Assembly: GCF_032191835.1 (NCBI RefSeq)
Contig: NC_083226.1
Span: forward strand, 21,948,001 to 22,012,000
Length of the DNA: 64,000 nt
Direction of reading: 5' to 3'
Origin: Heteronotia binoei
Lineage: Eukaryota
The notes below the pieces were generated by a model. The model ran no database searches, was not told the DNA's origin, and saw only the letters and a list, made by a program, of their open reading frames with translations. Every line of letters starts with the position of its first letter. The stretch's first letter is position 1. Shown one piece after another: positions 1-12,773 of this stretch. A program made the translations under genes and the position numbers.

Positions 1-722
1 GAAAATCATTTGCCTCATTTTAAGAAATATGCAGAAGGGGAGAGGGAAAGGGGCAGGAGTGAAGAAAAGAGGGGGCTGGCAGCATAAATCAGGTATGAGT
101 TTATTAGTTATACATAATGGATGGTGAAGGAGGTCAGAGGTTCCAGCTCATGCACATTAATAGGCATTCCGCTCTATACACCCAAGGATGTATCCAGCTA
201 GCTCAGTAGCACATAACATGAATTGCAGGGGTGATGCAAGCCCAGATGTGTATTTGTATCCACAGCAGGGCTGTTTTTGTAGAAAAAGCCTAGCATGAAC
301 TCATTTGCATATTAGGCCACACCCTTCGGTGTCACCCTTGTTCCACACAAGGCTTTTTGGTAGAGAACAGAGGCTTTGCTCTGTAGCTTCTGTGCAACTG
401 AGCAAGCCTGCAAAGCAAGCGGTGATGCAGAAGGAAGCAAAAGAGAGAGAAGGAAGCAGATGACCGTGAGCTGCTCGCGGGCTTGATAGGATCCCTCCAG
501 GGGCCTGATCCAGCCCTCGGGCCACACATTTGAAACCCCTGGCCTAGAACATCTCTCTTCTGTTCTCCTTGTACAATCCCACAGAAGCAAAGTCTGTGTA
601 GGGTCTTATTTCTGAGCTCCTGCCTACCATTTAGGAGGACTGTAATAAGCAACTTTCTACCGCCTGCTAGAAGACCGTCATTGGAGCTCTCAGAATTAAC
701 AGCACAAACCCTGAACCTCATT

Positions 723-1661
723 TTATGCTCCCAGAGTGATTTTGTGCCTCTGGACCATTTTCAGGAATGCCTGTTTTACATCCTTATTCCTTAGACTGTA
801 TATCATGGGGTTGAGCATGGGAGTGACAACACTATAAAACAAGGAGACAATTTTGCCGTGCTCCAATGAGTGGCTTGACCTAGGTCTCACATACGTGAGC
901 ATAGCACTGCCATAGAACATAGCCACCACAATCATATGGGAGGCGCAAGTAGAGAAAGCTTTGCATCTGCTCCGGGAAGAGCGTATCTTCAAGATGGCTG
1001 CTAGGATGCAAGCGTAGGTGGCCAGGATGAATGAAAAGGGACTCAGGATGACGAGGACCCCAATCACAAACACTATGATTTCATTGAGGTGTGTGTCTGC
1101 ACAGACCAGTTTTAATAGAGCCAGGATATCACAATAGAAGTGGTTAATCACATTGGGGCCACAATAAGGCATCTGCAGGGTCTGGACTGCATGGACCATG
1201 GCAAAAAGAAACCCAGAAATCCAAGCTGATGCTGCGAACTGGACACAAGCTCTGTGGTTCATAATATCTGTGTAGCGTAGAGGATGGCATATCGCAACGA
1301 ACCGATCATATGCCATTACTGCCAGAAGGACACATTCGGTAATACCCAGGGCCAGGAAAAGGTAGATCTGAGCCCCACAACCAGCAAATGAGATGGTCTT
1401 CTTGGGGCTCCAGAGGTTGGCCAGCATCTGAGGGACGGTGCTGGTGGTGTACCAGATGTCCACAAAAGAGAGGTGGCTCAAGAAGAAATACATGGGCGTA
1501 TGGAGATGAGTTTCCAGCCAGATGAGGGTCAGGATGGTCAAGTTGCCTGCTAGAGTGATGCTGTAGACCACGGTGAAGATCCCAAACAGGATTAGACGCA
1601 TCTTGGGACTACTGGAAAGTCCCAGCAGAAGAAATTCTGTCACCGTGGATTGATTTCTCAT
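723..1661 (-). CDS. Olfactory receptor, class II, family 2 (OR2A-like), intact, 312 aa
   Basis: The ORF has the OR motifs LHTPMYFFLSHLS, MAYDRFVAICHPLRY, KAFSTCASH and PMLNPMIYSLRN, plus N-terminal NQS. The start is placed at MRNQSTV (1661) because the upstream ORF-track extension runs through a pyrimidine tract and CAG acceptor. Confidence 0.96.
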   Translation of the reverse strand: MRNQSTVTEFLLLGLSSSPKMRLILFGIFTVVYSITLAGNLTILTLIWLETHLHTPMYFFLSHLSFVDIWYTTSTVPQMLANLWSPKKTISFAGCGAQIYLFLALGITECVLLAVMAYDRFVAICHPLRYTDIMNHRACVQFAASAWISGFLFAMVHAVQTLQMPYCGPNVINHFYCDILALLKLVCADTHLNEIIVFVIGVLVILSPFSFILATYACILAAILKIRSSRSRCKAFSTCASHMIVVAMFYGSAMLTYVRPRSSHSLEHGKIVSLFYSVVTPMLNPMIYSLRNKDVKQAFLKMVQRHKITLGA

Positions 1662-2635
1662 CTCCTGCTGCTGCTGCTGAATGAAGGGAAGAATAGACAC
1701 CATGTAAAATGCGTTGGCTGCCAGCATGAGCCCTTTTCGGTTGTTAAGATTTTGGGGGCCCTTCCTTGCATGCTGCCCTGGCGTGGATAGCCCAGCCTAG
1801 CCTGATCTTGCACCCCAAAATAAAGAGGCAGACTCAGTATTTGGGTAACTAAAGGGCCACTTTATTTAAACAACAACTGAAGCAGCAAGGGCAATCTTAA
1901 CGTAATAGGTCAAGCCAAGGGTCAACCCTAAACCCTTCCGTGTCCCATCTAGGGCAAGCCACCCTGCCCATGGCATGAGCCATCCAAGGTATGGCTTATA
2001 CCTAACCAGACAGGTATTAATCAGCTCTCCCCTTCTCAAGCTCCAACTTCCCAAAACCATAAAGCTTGAAGGAAGTAGTTGTTCTAGGGTGTTTCCCCAC
2101 ATAGTCTACATTCACAGCTGTGAGCCATGAGCTACAGTACAGCCAACTACCTGATCCTGATAGACCACTTGCACCCCAAATAGGGATGTGCCACAGGTGC
2201 TCACCTTTTCATTCTCCTTGCCTCCAACTCTCTCCTGCTATTACTAAGGCCAAGCTTCAGCTTAGGCACTTGTGCCCACCGGATGGCCCAGTGCCATTCA
2301 CAGCCCTTGCTGCAAGTCTTCTATAAAGACCCTGTTACTCTTTTCAGACAAATGAACACCATCCACTCTATACAGGTTGTCCAATTCAGCCCATATATCC
2401 AGATGTGCCAAGTAAACTCCTAACTCGCCCTCCAGGGCCTTCTGAAGTGCCCTGTTTGCCTTCTGTCTGGCTCTCTCAATCCCAGAAGGGTCCCATGCCT
2501 TCCGCCATATTCTGCATGGCAGCATTGCAGACCACAAAATCAGGACTCCTGGCCACCTGCTCTGGATAAACCATAAGTCCTCTTGGGCCTGCAGCGAAAG
2601 AGCCTTCCCTTTCACTAAACCAAGGTCAACCAAGG

Positions 2636-3723
2636 TATGGGCTGGGTTGCCATCAATATGCTAACCACACCCAGCTCTATCTGCTTATGGACGGCCGGCC
2701 CGCTTGCGCCCCAGATAATCTGGACCGGGCGTTACAGGCAGTGGCTAGGTGGCTTAGGCTGAGCAGGCTGAAGCTGAATCCGGCGAAGACAGAGGTCCTT
2801 TGCTTGGGTCGCTGCGGCCCGGGAGGGGAAATCCCCCTACCAGCTTTTGACGGCGCGCCGTTGACAGCATCGAGCAGGGTCAAGAGCTTGGGGGTACTAT
2901 TGGAGCCTTCACTGACGATGGAGGCTCAGATAGCAGCCACTGCCAAGTCCACTTTCTTTCATCTTAGGCGGGCGAGGCAGTTGGCCCCCTTCCTGGAGCG
3001 CGACGACCTAGCAACAGTGATTCATGCTACGGTCACCTCGAGGCTGGACTACTGTAATGCCCTCTACATGGGGCTACCCTTGTGCCGGACCCGGAAACTG
3101 CAGCTAGTGCAGAACGCCGCTGCCCGGCTGCTATTAGGGCTCCCAAGATGGGAGCACATACGGTCGGGGCTCCGGGACCTGCACTGGCTGCCAGTAACAT
3201 TCCGAGTCCAGTACAAGGTGTTGGTCATTACCTTTAAAGCCCTATATGGCCTAGGACCTGCCTACCTTAGGGACCGTCTCTCCCCACATGTTCCCCAGAG
3301 AGTACTACGGTCGGGTTCACAAAACCTGCTGGTAATCCCCGGGCCAAAGGAGGCCCGTCTAAAATCCACCAGGGACCGGGCCTTCTCAATAACGGCACCT
3401 TACTGGTGGAACCAGCTGCCGGAGGAGGTGCGGGCCCTGCGGGACCTAGGACAGTTCCGCAGGGCCTGTAAGACAGCCCTCTTCCGGCAGGCCTATAACA
3501 TCTAACTGACAATGAGGATACCTTCTGAATGGAACAAAAATGCACCTACAGACCGCTGGTTTTTATTTTTATTTGTTTTATTAATTATGGTTTAAATTGT
3601 ATCTGTAAATGCTTTTAAATTGAATCTGTGTAAATTATTATGTTGTAAGCCGCCCTGAGACACTCCGGTGAGAAGGGCGGGATATAAGTCTAAATATAAG
3701 TAAATAAATAAATAAATAAATAA
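2636..3723 (+). mobile_element. L2-clade LINE, 5'-truncated 3' end
   Basis: Degenerate RT motif GCHQYANHTQLY (from YADD) at about 2645. ORF 2687-3505 has LKLNPAKTE, LDYCNALY, LQLVQNAAARL and LHWLPV. It ends in a GTAAGCCGCCCTGAG 3' tail and (TAAA)n. Confidence 0.9.
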
Positions 3724-3762
3724 ATTCTCCCCTGTTGCAAGAAAGATTACAATTGGTTCATT

Positions 3763-3975
3763 CAGGGTGTTTTTGTAGAAAAATACGTGGTGGAGCTCAT
3801 CCAGGGATTGTTATGCAGCTGCACCTACTATTCAATGGACAAGGAGGTGGAACTCTCAGAAGGAGGAGGAGGAACTGTCAGAAGGAGGAGGTGGAACTCT
3901 CCGAAGGAGGAGGAGGAACTCTCAGAAAGGTTCAGGAGCTGTGCTCCTGTGAGCTCCCACTGAATCTGAGGCCTG
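3763..3975 (-). mobile_element. Non-autonomous hAT MITE (CAGG termini)
   Basis: Perfect 8-bp TSD GGTTCATT (3755-3762 and 3976-3983). Same family at about 17312-17470, 30238-30407 and 38583-39037. Confidence 0.85.
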
Positions 3976-6900
3976 GGTTCATTTATTTCACACTCCCAAA
4001 GTGAATGACCAAGATGTGAGGCGGAGGGTCCTTCCTTCCCTGAAAGGGCAGTGGCAAGATCCCAAGTACCAGGGACTCCGGCTGCCCTGCCACTCCACTA
4101 TGCCCCACTCTCTAGGGCCCAGCTGGAAACTAACCGGCATCTGTTTGGCTTGATGGGCTACCCAGAAAACCATGCTGTGCCCGCAGATGAGGATTCTTTG
4201 CCTCTCCTTGTTAACCACAGCACCTAAAAGAAGATACAGTTAACATCCCAACCAACAATTCAGCTGCCCGACTGAGGAAAACCCTTTTCAATTAAGGGAA
4301 AACAAGGGGACGCATATAAGAGTGGTATGCAGAAGACAACCAGTGGCCAACCTGCTGAATTGCCAGGCCACAGTATCCCAAAGCTGCCATAGCAGAGGCA
4401 GCACCAATCCTGAAAAACTCCTCCAAACCTGAGCTTTTCCAAAGCACAGGTTGTTATTGCCCAAAACTGGTAATTTTAAGATCTGCTCCCTAGTGGCTAT
4501 GGTGAGATCATCCCCCAGAGGCATACCAGAATTGCCAAAGGATAGGGCATGAAATGGGACTGACCCATATGGCATTGAGCAATGAGCTGGATAACCTCAT
4601 GCCCCCCACTGGAGGCCAGGCAAAGCAGTGGGCTGAGAAATGGAGGGCTACCACCCCCCAAAACAAAGCACTTGGTGCTGCCTGGGCCACCATGGCCCCT
4701 AGAGATGAAGCCTGAGCTCCCATGCTGGCTGGCATCTGCGAAGGCCCCCAGGTGTAAAGCAGTCCTTGTGTCTGGGAAGTAGTTGCTGAGGCTGAAGGAG
4801 GGGAACCTGTAGAGAAAAGCTGGCTGGGTACGCCAACCCCCACCTGCCCTGACAGTTGCGTGGTTGTTGGCTGTGGTGCACCTGACGGTCCTGGGGTAGC
4901 AAGCAGACCCCAGGATCAGGCAAGGCTGTGGTACAGCAATGTAGACTTACCTTCCTCTTCTTGAGAAATCACCTCCACAGCCACAGCTGACATTTCCACA
5001 GGTCATTCCTGTTCCTTGGCTGCACCCTGAGTGCCTGTCTCGCTGTCTGGAGCTGGTCGGTCTCCATTTCTACCACTATTTCCTTGTCCAGATGCCCTGG
5101 TCCTTCATCTGGACCCACCTTGCAGGGCAGAAAGGTGTGCTAATATCTCGTTTTGAAAAGCAAAATTAGTCACCCAACTGGTGCCTCTGTGGCCTACAAA
5201 CCTTCTAGGTTTGTTATGGCCTGCCTAGTCTGGCCTGCCTAGTCCCCTCTCTTGGTCTGTTATGGCCTGCCTAGTCTGGCCCTCCTGCTCATAATCAAAA
5301 GAGTTAACCAGATGCAGCCTCGTAAGCCTCTTAAGCCTCTTAGCAGTCTGCTTAGCCTTCTTGGGAGCCATAGCCCAGCAAGATCTACAGCCAGTAAATG
5401 CCTGTGACAAGGATAACCCTCTCACCAGGCTTGCCCCACAAACAACAACAACAAAAATTGGTTCGGTTCACGGTTTATGGGTGCACCACAAACCAAAGCA
5501 CGAATCTCACAAACCCAGTCAGCTCACCTATGAACTGAAGCAGCTTCATGCCCAAAACATCTGAACTATGAGGAAAGCCTACACCAGTGGCTCATTTGTT
5601 TGGGGGTCTAAACAGCTGAACCATGGGAGCAATACAATATAAATAACTGGTGCCAGCATGTAAATAGAAAAATAATCAAATCACCAGTCAACAATAAATA
5701 TTCACACTCTCATTGTCTGTACATGCTATTGATTTAGTGCAAATATAAGACAAAATAAAGAACAAAGGAACAATAACGTATTTGTACTCCCCCAAATTAT
5801 GCACTTAAACATTTCTACATAAGAACCAGTCTTAACCAAGTCCATAAGTAAGTGTTTTAGAGTAGAGTCCTTAAACATTCCGCTGTGACGTTGCAAAACA
5901 GAAAAAGGAGGGACCATATAGAAAGGAGTCCTCACGGTTTCGCTTGTCTCACACTTCATCAGCCTCTTTTCTCAGTGTTTTTCAGAACCATAGTAATTAT
6001 GTTACAGATACGGATCAACGCATGCTCTAAACCTCTCTTCTTTATTTTGTCTTATATTTGCACTAAATCAATAGCATGTACACACAATGAGAGTGTGAAC
6101 CATGGGAGCAAGCTGCCCCTGCAGCTCAGTTGTTTCTAATCTAAAAACTACTGAGCCACACAATTTGCTCCACACAGCTCAGCTATTTTTCAACTAAAAA
6201 GCTGAGCTGTGGGGGCAGCTTGCTTGGTGCTGCACAGTTGTTTAAAGGGGCTTTCTTCAGTTACCAATGCTTCTTAAGAAAGCCCCTTTAAATAGTTGAA
6301 CCATGCAGAGCAAGCTTCTTCCCTGACTCAGCTGCTTAAAGGGGCTTTCTTGGCAGCTAGCCCCAAGCTTGGAGCCATTTAAACCCCTGTTTTCTGTTGC
6401 CCACAGCTCTTTTTCGGGAAGAGAAGAAAGGGTTTAAGCTCCTGTTTTCTGCTTTTCACGAACCACTACAAACTGCATCAAAATTCATGAAAGTTCATAA
6501 CAGTTCTTAGTTCACGAACATTGCTTCATGAACCACCAGCACACCAAAATTTATGATGAACTCTAGTTTGTCAGTCAGTTCATGCCCATCCAACAATTTG
6601 GAGGCATCTTAGAGTGCCTTGTTGATAAAGGTCTGGAGATCAGAGACAGATGCTGGAGGCAAATAATGGGATTTACAACAACTGAAATCTAATTTATAAA
6701 GGTGTTGATTGGACTGGTTATGTATATATATTTCTCTCCTCTCCCTCCCATCATCTCTGCTCAAATGTTTTGCAGCTCCCCCCCCCCAAGCATTACAAGG
6801 CTTCATTTGTAAAACTGTAAATCAATTTTTAAAGCGAATTTCTTATATCTATTTTATATTTCCTATTTATACATTGTATATTCTATGCCTTGCAATATTT

Positions 6901-9900
6901 TATTCTGGTGTCCCTTGCTGAAATGTTAGGATTGCTCTGGCTGGATGCCGTAATAAAATTTCATTCATGTTTATCAAAGGTGATAATGGGATTAGTGCAG
7001 ACCCCATAAAACCTGACATTTATTCATTTATGAAAAATAAAAGGCAGTGAAATCTGCTTTATATTGAAAGCAATACTGAAGTACAGACAAGAACAGGACA
7101 AAAGAGATTTAATACATGCATACAATTCCAGCTATTCACAAAAGAAACTAAAACAAAGGTTAACTTAAGCATTCCCTGAACCTGCCTGCCCAGATTACCA
7201 ATGCCTGGAAGAAACGCACAAATTTTTCACTCTCATTGGAATGCTGCTTCTTTGGACCTCCAATAAGACCTTAACTAACACCTTCACTCCAAGTCAAGAT
7301 GGCAATGCTAGAGCAGTGGTGCAGTTAGGTAATTTGAGACTCTGGACTTAAGGCCCTCCCCCCCCCCAAAAAAAAAATAGAGCTATGGTGTACTTTTGAG
7401 TCTACCTGCTGAGTCTCTGAGTCAGGGATTCAGATTTCTGCCCCCAAATCCAGAGCTGGCAACACCATTATTCTGCAGCAAGAAGAGCATTTTAGCAATG
7501 TCTTATATTTACAGTATGTTTCTATTTCATGCTCTGGAGGATCCTTCTAAGAGGGAATTGAAGACCCAAGCTGCAGAAAAGATAATGATTAAGAGAGACG
7601 GTCTACAGAGATAGTCTTGGCTGCATTCTTTTTTTAAAAAAAAATTCCTAATTATCTTTGAAGGAAACATTCTGCAATTTTAAAAGAGATCCCGGGACCT
7701 CATTTCAAAGTTCATTTGAGGGAAGCTGGAGATACCTTCTCATGTCTCAGAAATGAAGAGAAAAGAAAAAAGATTTTCTAACTCCTCGTTCGCTGGACAT
7801 AACATTGACCCTTAACAGCTAACTGAAATAAAGCATGAATATTTACCAAGGAGAAAAACTGAAATTAGTTTCTTGTTTGGGGAGTTCAGATGAATCCTTA
7901 GAAACAGGTGCAAGCAGAAGAGGCTGTTCAAACACTCATCATGCAGTAGAACTGTGGCTGAGTGGTACTACTCTTGGAGGCTAACTTCTGGGACCGCCGC
8001 CCCCCCCCCCCCATGATAACATCACCAAGTCACATGGGGCATCCGATTTGGCACTCCCAGAAGGCCAGGGCCCTTGGCAATCACCTAGTTTGCCTAGTGG
8101 CAGGGCCGGCCCCGGGAGGCTGAAGGTGGAAGGAGGTATTTTTGAATGTTTCCTTGAATGACCCACTGTACTCTTTATGAAGGTAATGTCTGTTTTGTTA
8201 GCAAACATACAAATATGCCAAGTACCCTCTGGGAAATGAAGCAGAAGGTTCCCCCCACTCCAGCAGACTTAGCTTCTTGTCATGTTCTCAGGGGTCATGA
8301 CAGTTCTCATTTGACTCAAGTCAAGTCAGGGATCCCCTGACCTGATTTGCAATGGTGGGAGAGGGGTTTCAGTCTTCACTCCAATGCCATTTTTTTAAGC
8401 AAAAGCAGTCATGGGGGAGGGGGCTATCTGCCCTGCTGCTGGGGATATGTCCTGGGATCGTGTGATCCAGTCCAGTCCCAGGATACATGGACTCTGGCTA
8501 TGGGAGAACTGCTGGAGTGCTTGTCAATGACCCCAGAACCGATGACCTAGGCACCTTCCCATTGTGCTAGGACACCCAAGAGATGGAGTTGAGCAATGGG
8601 AGGATTCAGTGGCCAAGTTGCAGAGGCAGGGAGCAACAGAGATGAGGTGACTGTGAGGCTGGGTGGTGACCCAAAAGCAATGTTATGAGTGCCCCCTTGG
8701 GCTGATGCCCCCAGGCCCTTTTCTCCAGTGTTCACAGCTGATGTCATGGACCACCTCCGCACTCTGACCTCCACAAGGTGAGCTGAGGCAGGTGGTTTGG
8801 TCATCCTGCAGATAATGGGCATCATTGAGTTTTCAGGGCCAGCAGCTGAGGTGCAGTGGGCAGACTCAATGTCAGTTGAGCAGCAGGAACTGGGGGCAAT
8901 GCAGAAGCCAGAAGCCAGCCTGATCCTCCAGAGGTGAGGTGGGTGGTGTAGCTACTGGTGCCCCAAGTGATGTGAGGGATTCTGGCCCCTTGCCTGAACA
9001 CTAGGCATGTGGCCTAGGCTGGCTGTGCCTATCCCTCCATCCTCTCTTCCATGTGGGTGGCAATCAATTGGCAGTTGCTGGAGAGCCACCAAGAGTGGCA
9101 CAAAGCCTTCTCCAGGGGTCAGCAGTGGATGGAAGGACTGGCAGCATCTATGACAGTGTCTTCCAGGCACCTGGTAGGGCTGCTTACAGTCATGAGGCAC
9201 ATCAGGAAGAAAAAGATGTGCATCAAGAGGCTGCTGGGGGACCAGTCGAAGGTGCTTCAGGCCCCTGCACAACACTCCACTCCCCTCCTGCTCTGCTGTC
9301 AACAGGGAAAGCATGGAGATTGGCATGATGGCACCCTCAGCTGTGAGGTCATCCTGCTGAAAAGCACAGTAACCAGTGAACCAAGGTCTCCCATGGTTGC
9401 ACAGACTATCCATGGCGTCTCCCCTTCCAAGGCCTGTGCCCCATGTGGACAGGGGGCCAGCTTGGGGTGGCCATGGGGGGAATGCTGGGCCCCATGCAAA
9501 CACTGTCAGATGCCCAGGGATTTGTGACTGGACTTGGTCCCTTTAAGCGAGTGTTTGGGAGTGTAACGGACATGGAACCAGCAACTCTGGCCCCACCCCT
9601 TTCCGCCCCTGGGCTCTGAGGTGTGCTTGGCTCAGCCCCATGCATGGAGATCCTGATTGGTTCTGGCTGCCTTGTCCATCATGGCCCTGCCTCCTTGCTC
9701 TAGCATGGCAGAGAGGGGGCTGTATGGCAGAGAGGGATCAGGTTTGCCTAGTTGCTCTTGAGATTTTTAATTCTTCAGAAAGAAATTAATTTGTACTCAG
9801 TCTTGCATATGAACTTATGTACTCACGTGCTGTTAAGTCACAACCAAAACCATAGCAAGGGACATTCAAGGCAAGTGAGAAGCAGAGGTGGTTTACTGTT

Positions 9901-10398
9901 GCTTTCCTTTTCAGAGTCTTCCTGGGTGGTCCCCCATCCAAGTCCCAGTTTTGCTTAGCTTTCAAGGTCTGACAAGATCAAGTCATAACATACCATACAA
10001 TGTCCCCATGTATACAATCTTAAGCAGGGGTGGAATTCTAGCAGGAGCTCCTTTGCATATTCTACTTAAGTTCTTAAGTAGAATTTTACTTTCAAGACAA
10101 TCAAATGCCTTTTCTATATCAAGGAACTCAAATGTAACACAAAGCATCTTCCCTCTAAATATTTAGTCTTATGAGTAAGATGGTTGTCACACAGTCTAGA
10201 ATGAAGACGGATGGCTCAAAATGAACAATGTTCTATTTTTAGACTCACCAACTGAAAAACAGCCAATATATTATAATCATCATTATCAGAGCAAAGGTTT
10301 TTATTCTTTTCAGATTTTGTTATTAAAACAAACCTCCTTTCCAAGAAACAGGAAACTCCTTTACTGAGTAAATGTTATTCACAAGTAAGGCCCAGGGG

Positions 10399-12773
10399 TA
10401 GGGATGTGCATTCGGCTCGGCCGAGCCATATTTACAGCCGAACCAGTGTTGATTCGGCCGCATACGGAATAGCCTGCAGCCGACTTCCATAAGCGCCCAT
10501 TACACGGCAGCCGAATAGGCTCGTTGTGTAGTTACAAATAGCTATTCATAAGCAAACAGCTGTCAATTCAAAACAAAAGGCGGCAATTAGCTTCTGGAGC
10601 TTCAAAGGAGCTCCTTTGGCACCTTCCCGCCTCTGCCTTAACATCCCTGGGATCAGGGAGGGGGGAGGGGGAAGGGGGAAGAGGAGCCCCAACAGCCAAT
10701 CCAAAGCATGCATTTGTAAAATACATTGGAAATGCATGCTTTGAAGGGCTTTCTAAGGAGTCTTCACTTCCTGGCTGACTCCTCCATGCTGTGTGTAAGA
10801 GATTGCTTAAGCTGCTGCAGCTCTCTCACTCAGACTTCCCTGGAAGACAAGGTAAAACACTTTTTGGGTTCTTGTTTTTATTTATTGTTGGTAAAAGGAC
10901 TTTTTTTAAAGACTTAGAGTCCCTTTACTTATCCAGATTTGGGTGGTGGTGGGGTAGCTTATTTGGGGTTTCTGCTTGGGGAGGGGGCCTGGGGTGGGGG
11001 GGTTTGCCAATCTGCCCATATCTTAATTTAGTGAGAGGACTTTTAAAAGTGCAGTGTCCTTTTACTTCTCCTGATTTGGGTGGCTTTAATTTCTTGGGGT
11101 TAGGGTGAAGGGTTTTTTTGGGGGGAGGGGGTGGCAAAGTTCCTGTATTGTTAAAAGTTAATTTTTTACTGTTTTAAAAGTATTCAGTGTTTGATTTGTT
11201 GCTGCTGTGCTGCTGCTATTACTCTTTTCTTTGGGTTCTTGGGGCGGGTGCTGTTTGGCCTAATTTCCATTGTTTAAAAGGCCACTTTTGTCCCCCTTTT
11301 CTTGTTGGTGAAAAGGCCACTTTTTTTTAACACTTGGCCTTTTGTGATTCTGCTGGTTTTGTTTTGGTTTTTTAAATTGCCTCTGGTTGGTGTGGGGGTT
11401 GGTGAGGGTGTGTGTGGGCTGGGTCACTTTCTTGTTTTTATAGAGTAGGTTGTGTGTTCTGTGGCAGGGAAGCTGGCACCTGGGTGAGAGACCCAGAACC
11501 AGCGGGCTTTTTGTGGTTTGCCAGCTCTCCCCTTGTTATTTGGGGCAGGGCTGGAGAGCTGGCATCTGTAGATTGTGTGTTCTGTGGCAGGGAAGCTGGC
11601 ACCTGGGTGAGAGACCCAGAACCAGCGGGCTTTTTGTGGTTTGCCAGCTCTCCCCTTGTTATTTGGGGCAGGGCTGGAGAGCTGGCATCTGTAGATTGTG
11701 TGTTCTGTGGCAGGGAAGCTGGCACCTGGGTGAGAGACCCAGAACCAGCGGGCTTTTTGTGGTTTGCCAGCTCTCCCCTTGTTATTTGGGGCAGGGCTGG
11801 AGAGCTGGCATCTGTAGATTGTGTGTTCTGTGGCAGGGAAGCTGGCACCTGGGTGAGAGACCCAGAACCAGCAGGCTTTTTGTGGTTGACAAGCTCTCCC
11901 CGTGTTATTTGGGGCAGGGCTGGAGAGCTGGCATCTGTAGATTGTGTGTTCTGTGGCAGGGAAGCTGGCACCTGGGTGAGAGACCCAGAACCAGCAGGCT
12001 TTTTGTGGTTGACAAGCTCTCCCCGTGTTGTTTGGGGCAGGGCTGGAGAGCTGGCATCTGGGTTTGCTGCAAGCAGGTCTGCAGAGCAGACCTTGAGCAG
12101 ATTGTGTTTTGTGTGGCAGTGAGGTTGGCAACTGGGTTTATGTTGGTGCCAGGCCTGCAGGCCCAGGGTTCATAGATTAGATAGAGGGATGTAGTGCATT
12201 TGGGGCCTATAGAGATTCTCTGGTGTGAAGTTAGGTTTGGCTTTGGGTGCCCCAGGAATTGGACCCCATGGTCCAATTTTTTTGGGACTTGGGGGGGTTG
12301 GAGGGGAGAGTCCCCTTCAGGTCTCCTGCAAATTTGGGGGCTCTCCCTCAAACCCCCTCCCCTCCAGGCGGCTTCAATTATATCCTATTTGCCATTGATT
12401 TTAATGGCCCATAGGGTATAATGATGGAATAGGGGCACCCTCTTTGGGTGCCCCTGGAATGGGATCCCCTGGCCCAATCTTTTTGGGACTTGGGGGGGTT
12501 GGAGGGGAGAGTCCCCTTCAGGTCCCCTGCAAATTTGGGGGCTCTCCCTCAACCCCCCCCCTCCAGGCGGCTTCAAATATACCCTATTTGCCATTGATTT
12601 CAATGGCCCATAGGGTATAATAGGGCCGTATATTCGGTAATAGCCGTGCATCTACCGTATATGCGGCTATTCCGAATACGGTATTCAGTAGCGCATGGGG
12701 AATCCGAAATTTTTTTCCCTGTGCACTTCCGAATCCGTGTAATTCCGATTTTTTTTTTTTTTGCACATCCCTA
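10399..12773. mobile_element. Non-autonomous hAT element (2.4 kb) with TIR TAGGGATGTGCA
   Basis: Starts TAGGGATGTGCA and ends TGCACATCCCTA; perfect 8-bp TSD CCCAGGGG. A related inverted copy lies at 20833-22031. Confidence 0.9.
11451..12060. repeat. 123-bp tandem repeat, about 5 copies, inside the hAT element
   Basis: Unit starts (TGTGTGTTCTGTGGCAGGG) at 11451, 11574, 11697, 11820 and 11943. Confidence 0.95.

Larger units (their letters stand above)
2298..4230 (-). mobile_element. Degraded SGNH/GDSL-hydrolase ORF, probably from a tyrosine-recombinase (Ngaro/DIRS-type) retrotransposon; interrupted by L2 and a MITE
   Basis: The minus strand shows ILICGHSMVFW (about 4190), PPPHILVIHFG (about 4000), then DLGLVKGKAL...DGVHLS (2630-2340). 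These are SGNH blocks in the right order, split by insertions at 2636-3723 and 3763-3975. Confidence 0.5.

Noticed and set aside
290-330. ATTTGCAT/CTTTGCAT plus CCAAT motifs as promoters (also about 13270, 34755, 53110, 53730, 55360, 62660)
   Set aside because: These are internal to palindromic MITEs (TTTGCATATTAGGCCACAC context), unlike the GATTTGCATCT context at the TAS2R loci.
8952-9527. ORFs of 158-183 aa as genes
   Set aside because: No recognisable motif; they lie in repeat-like GC-moderate sequence and cannot be supported.
11412-12175. Four ORFs of 177-241 aa, or a CRISPR-like array
   Set aside because: These result from a 123-bp (41-codon) tandem repeat with no unique spacers, in vertebrate DNA.
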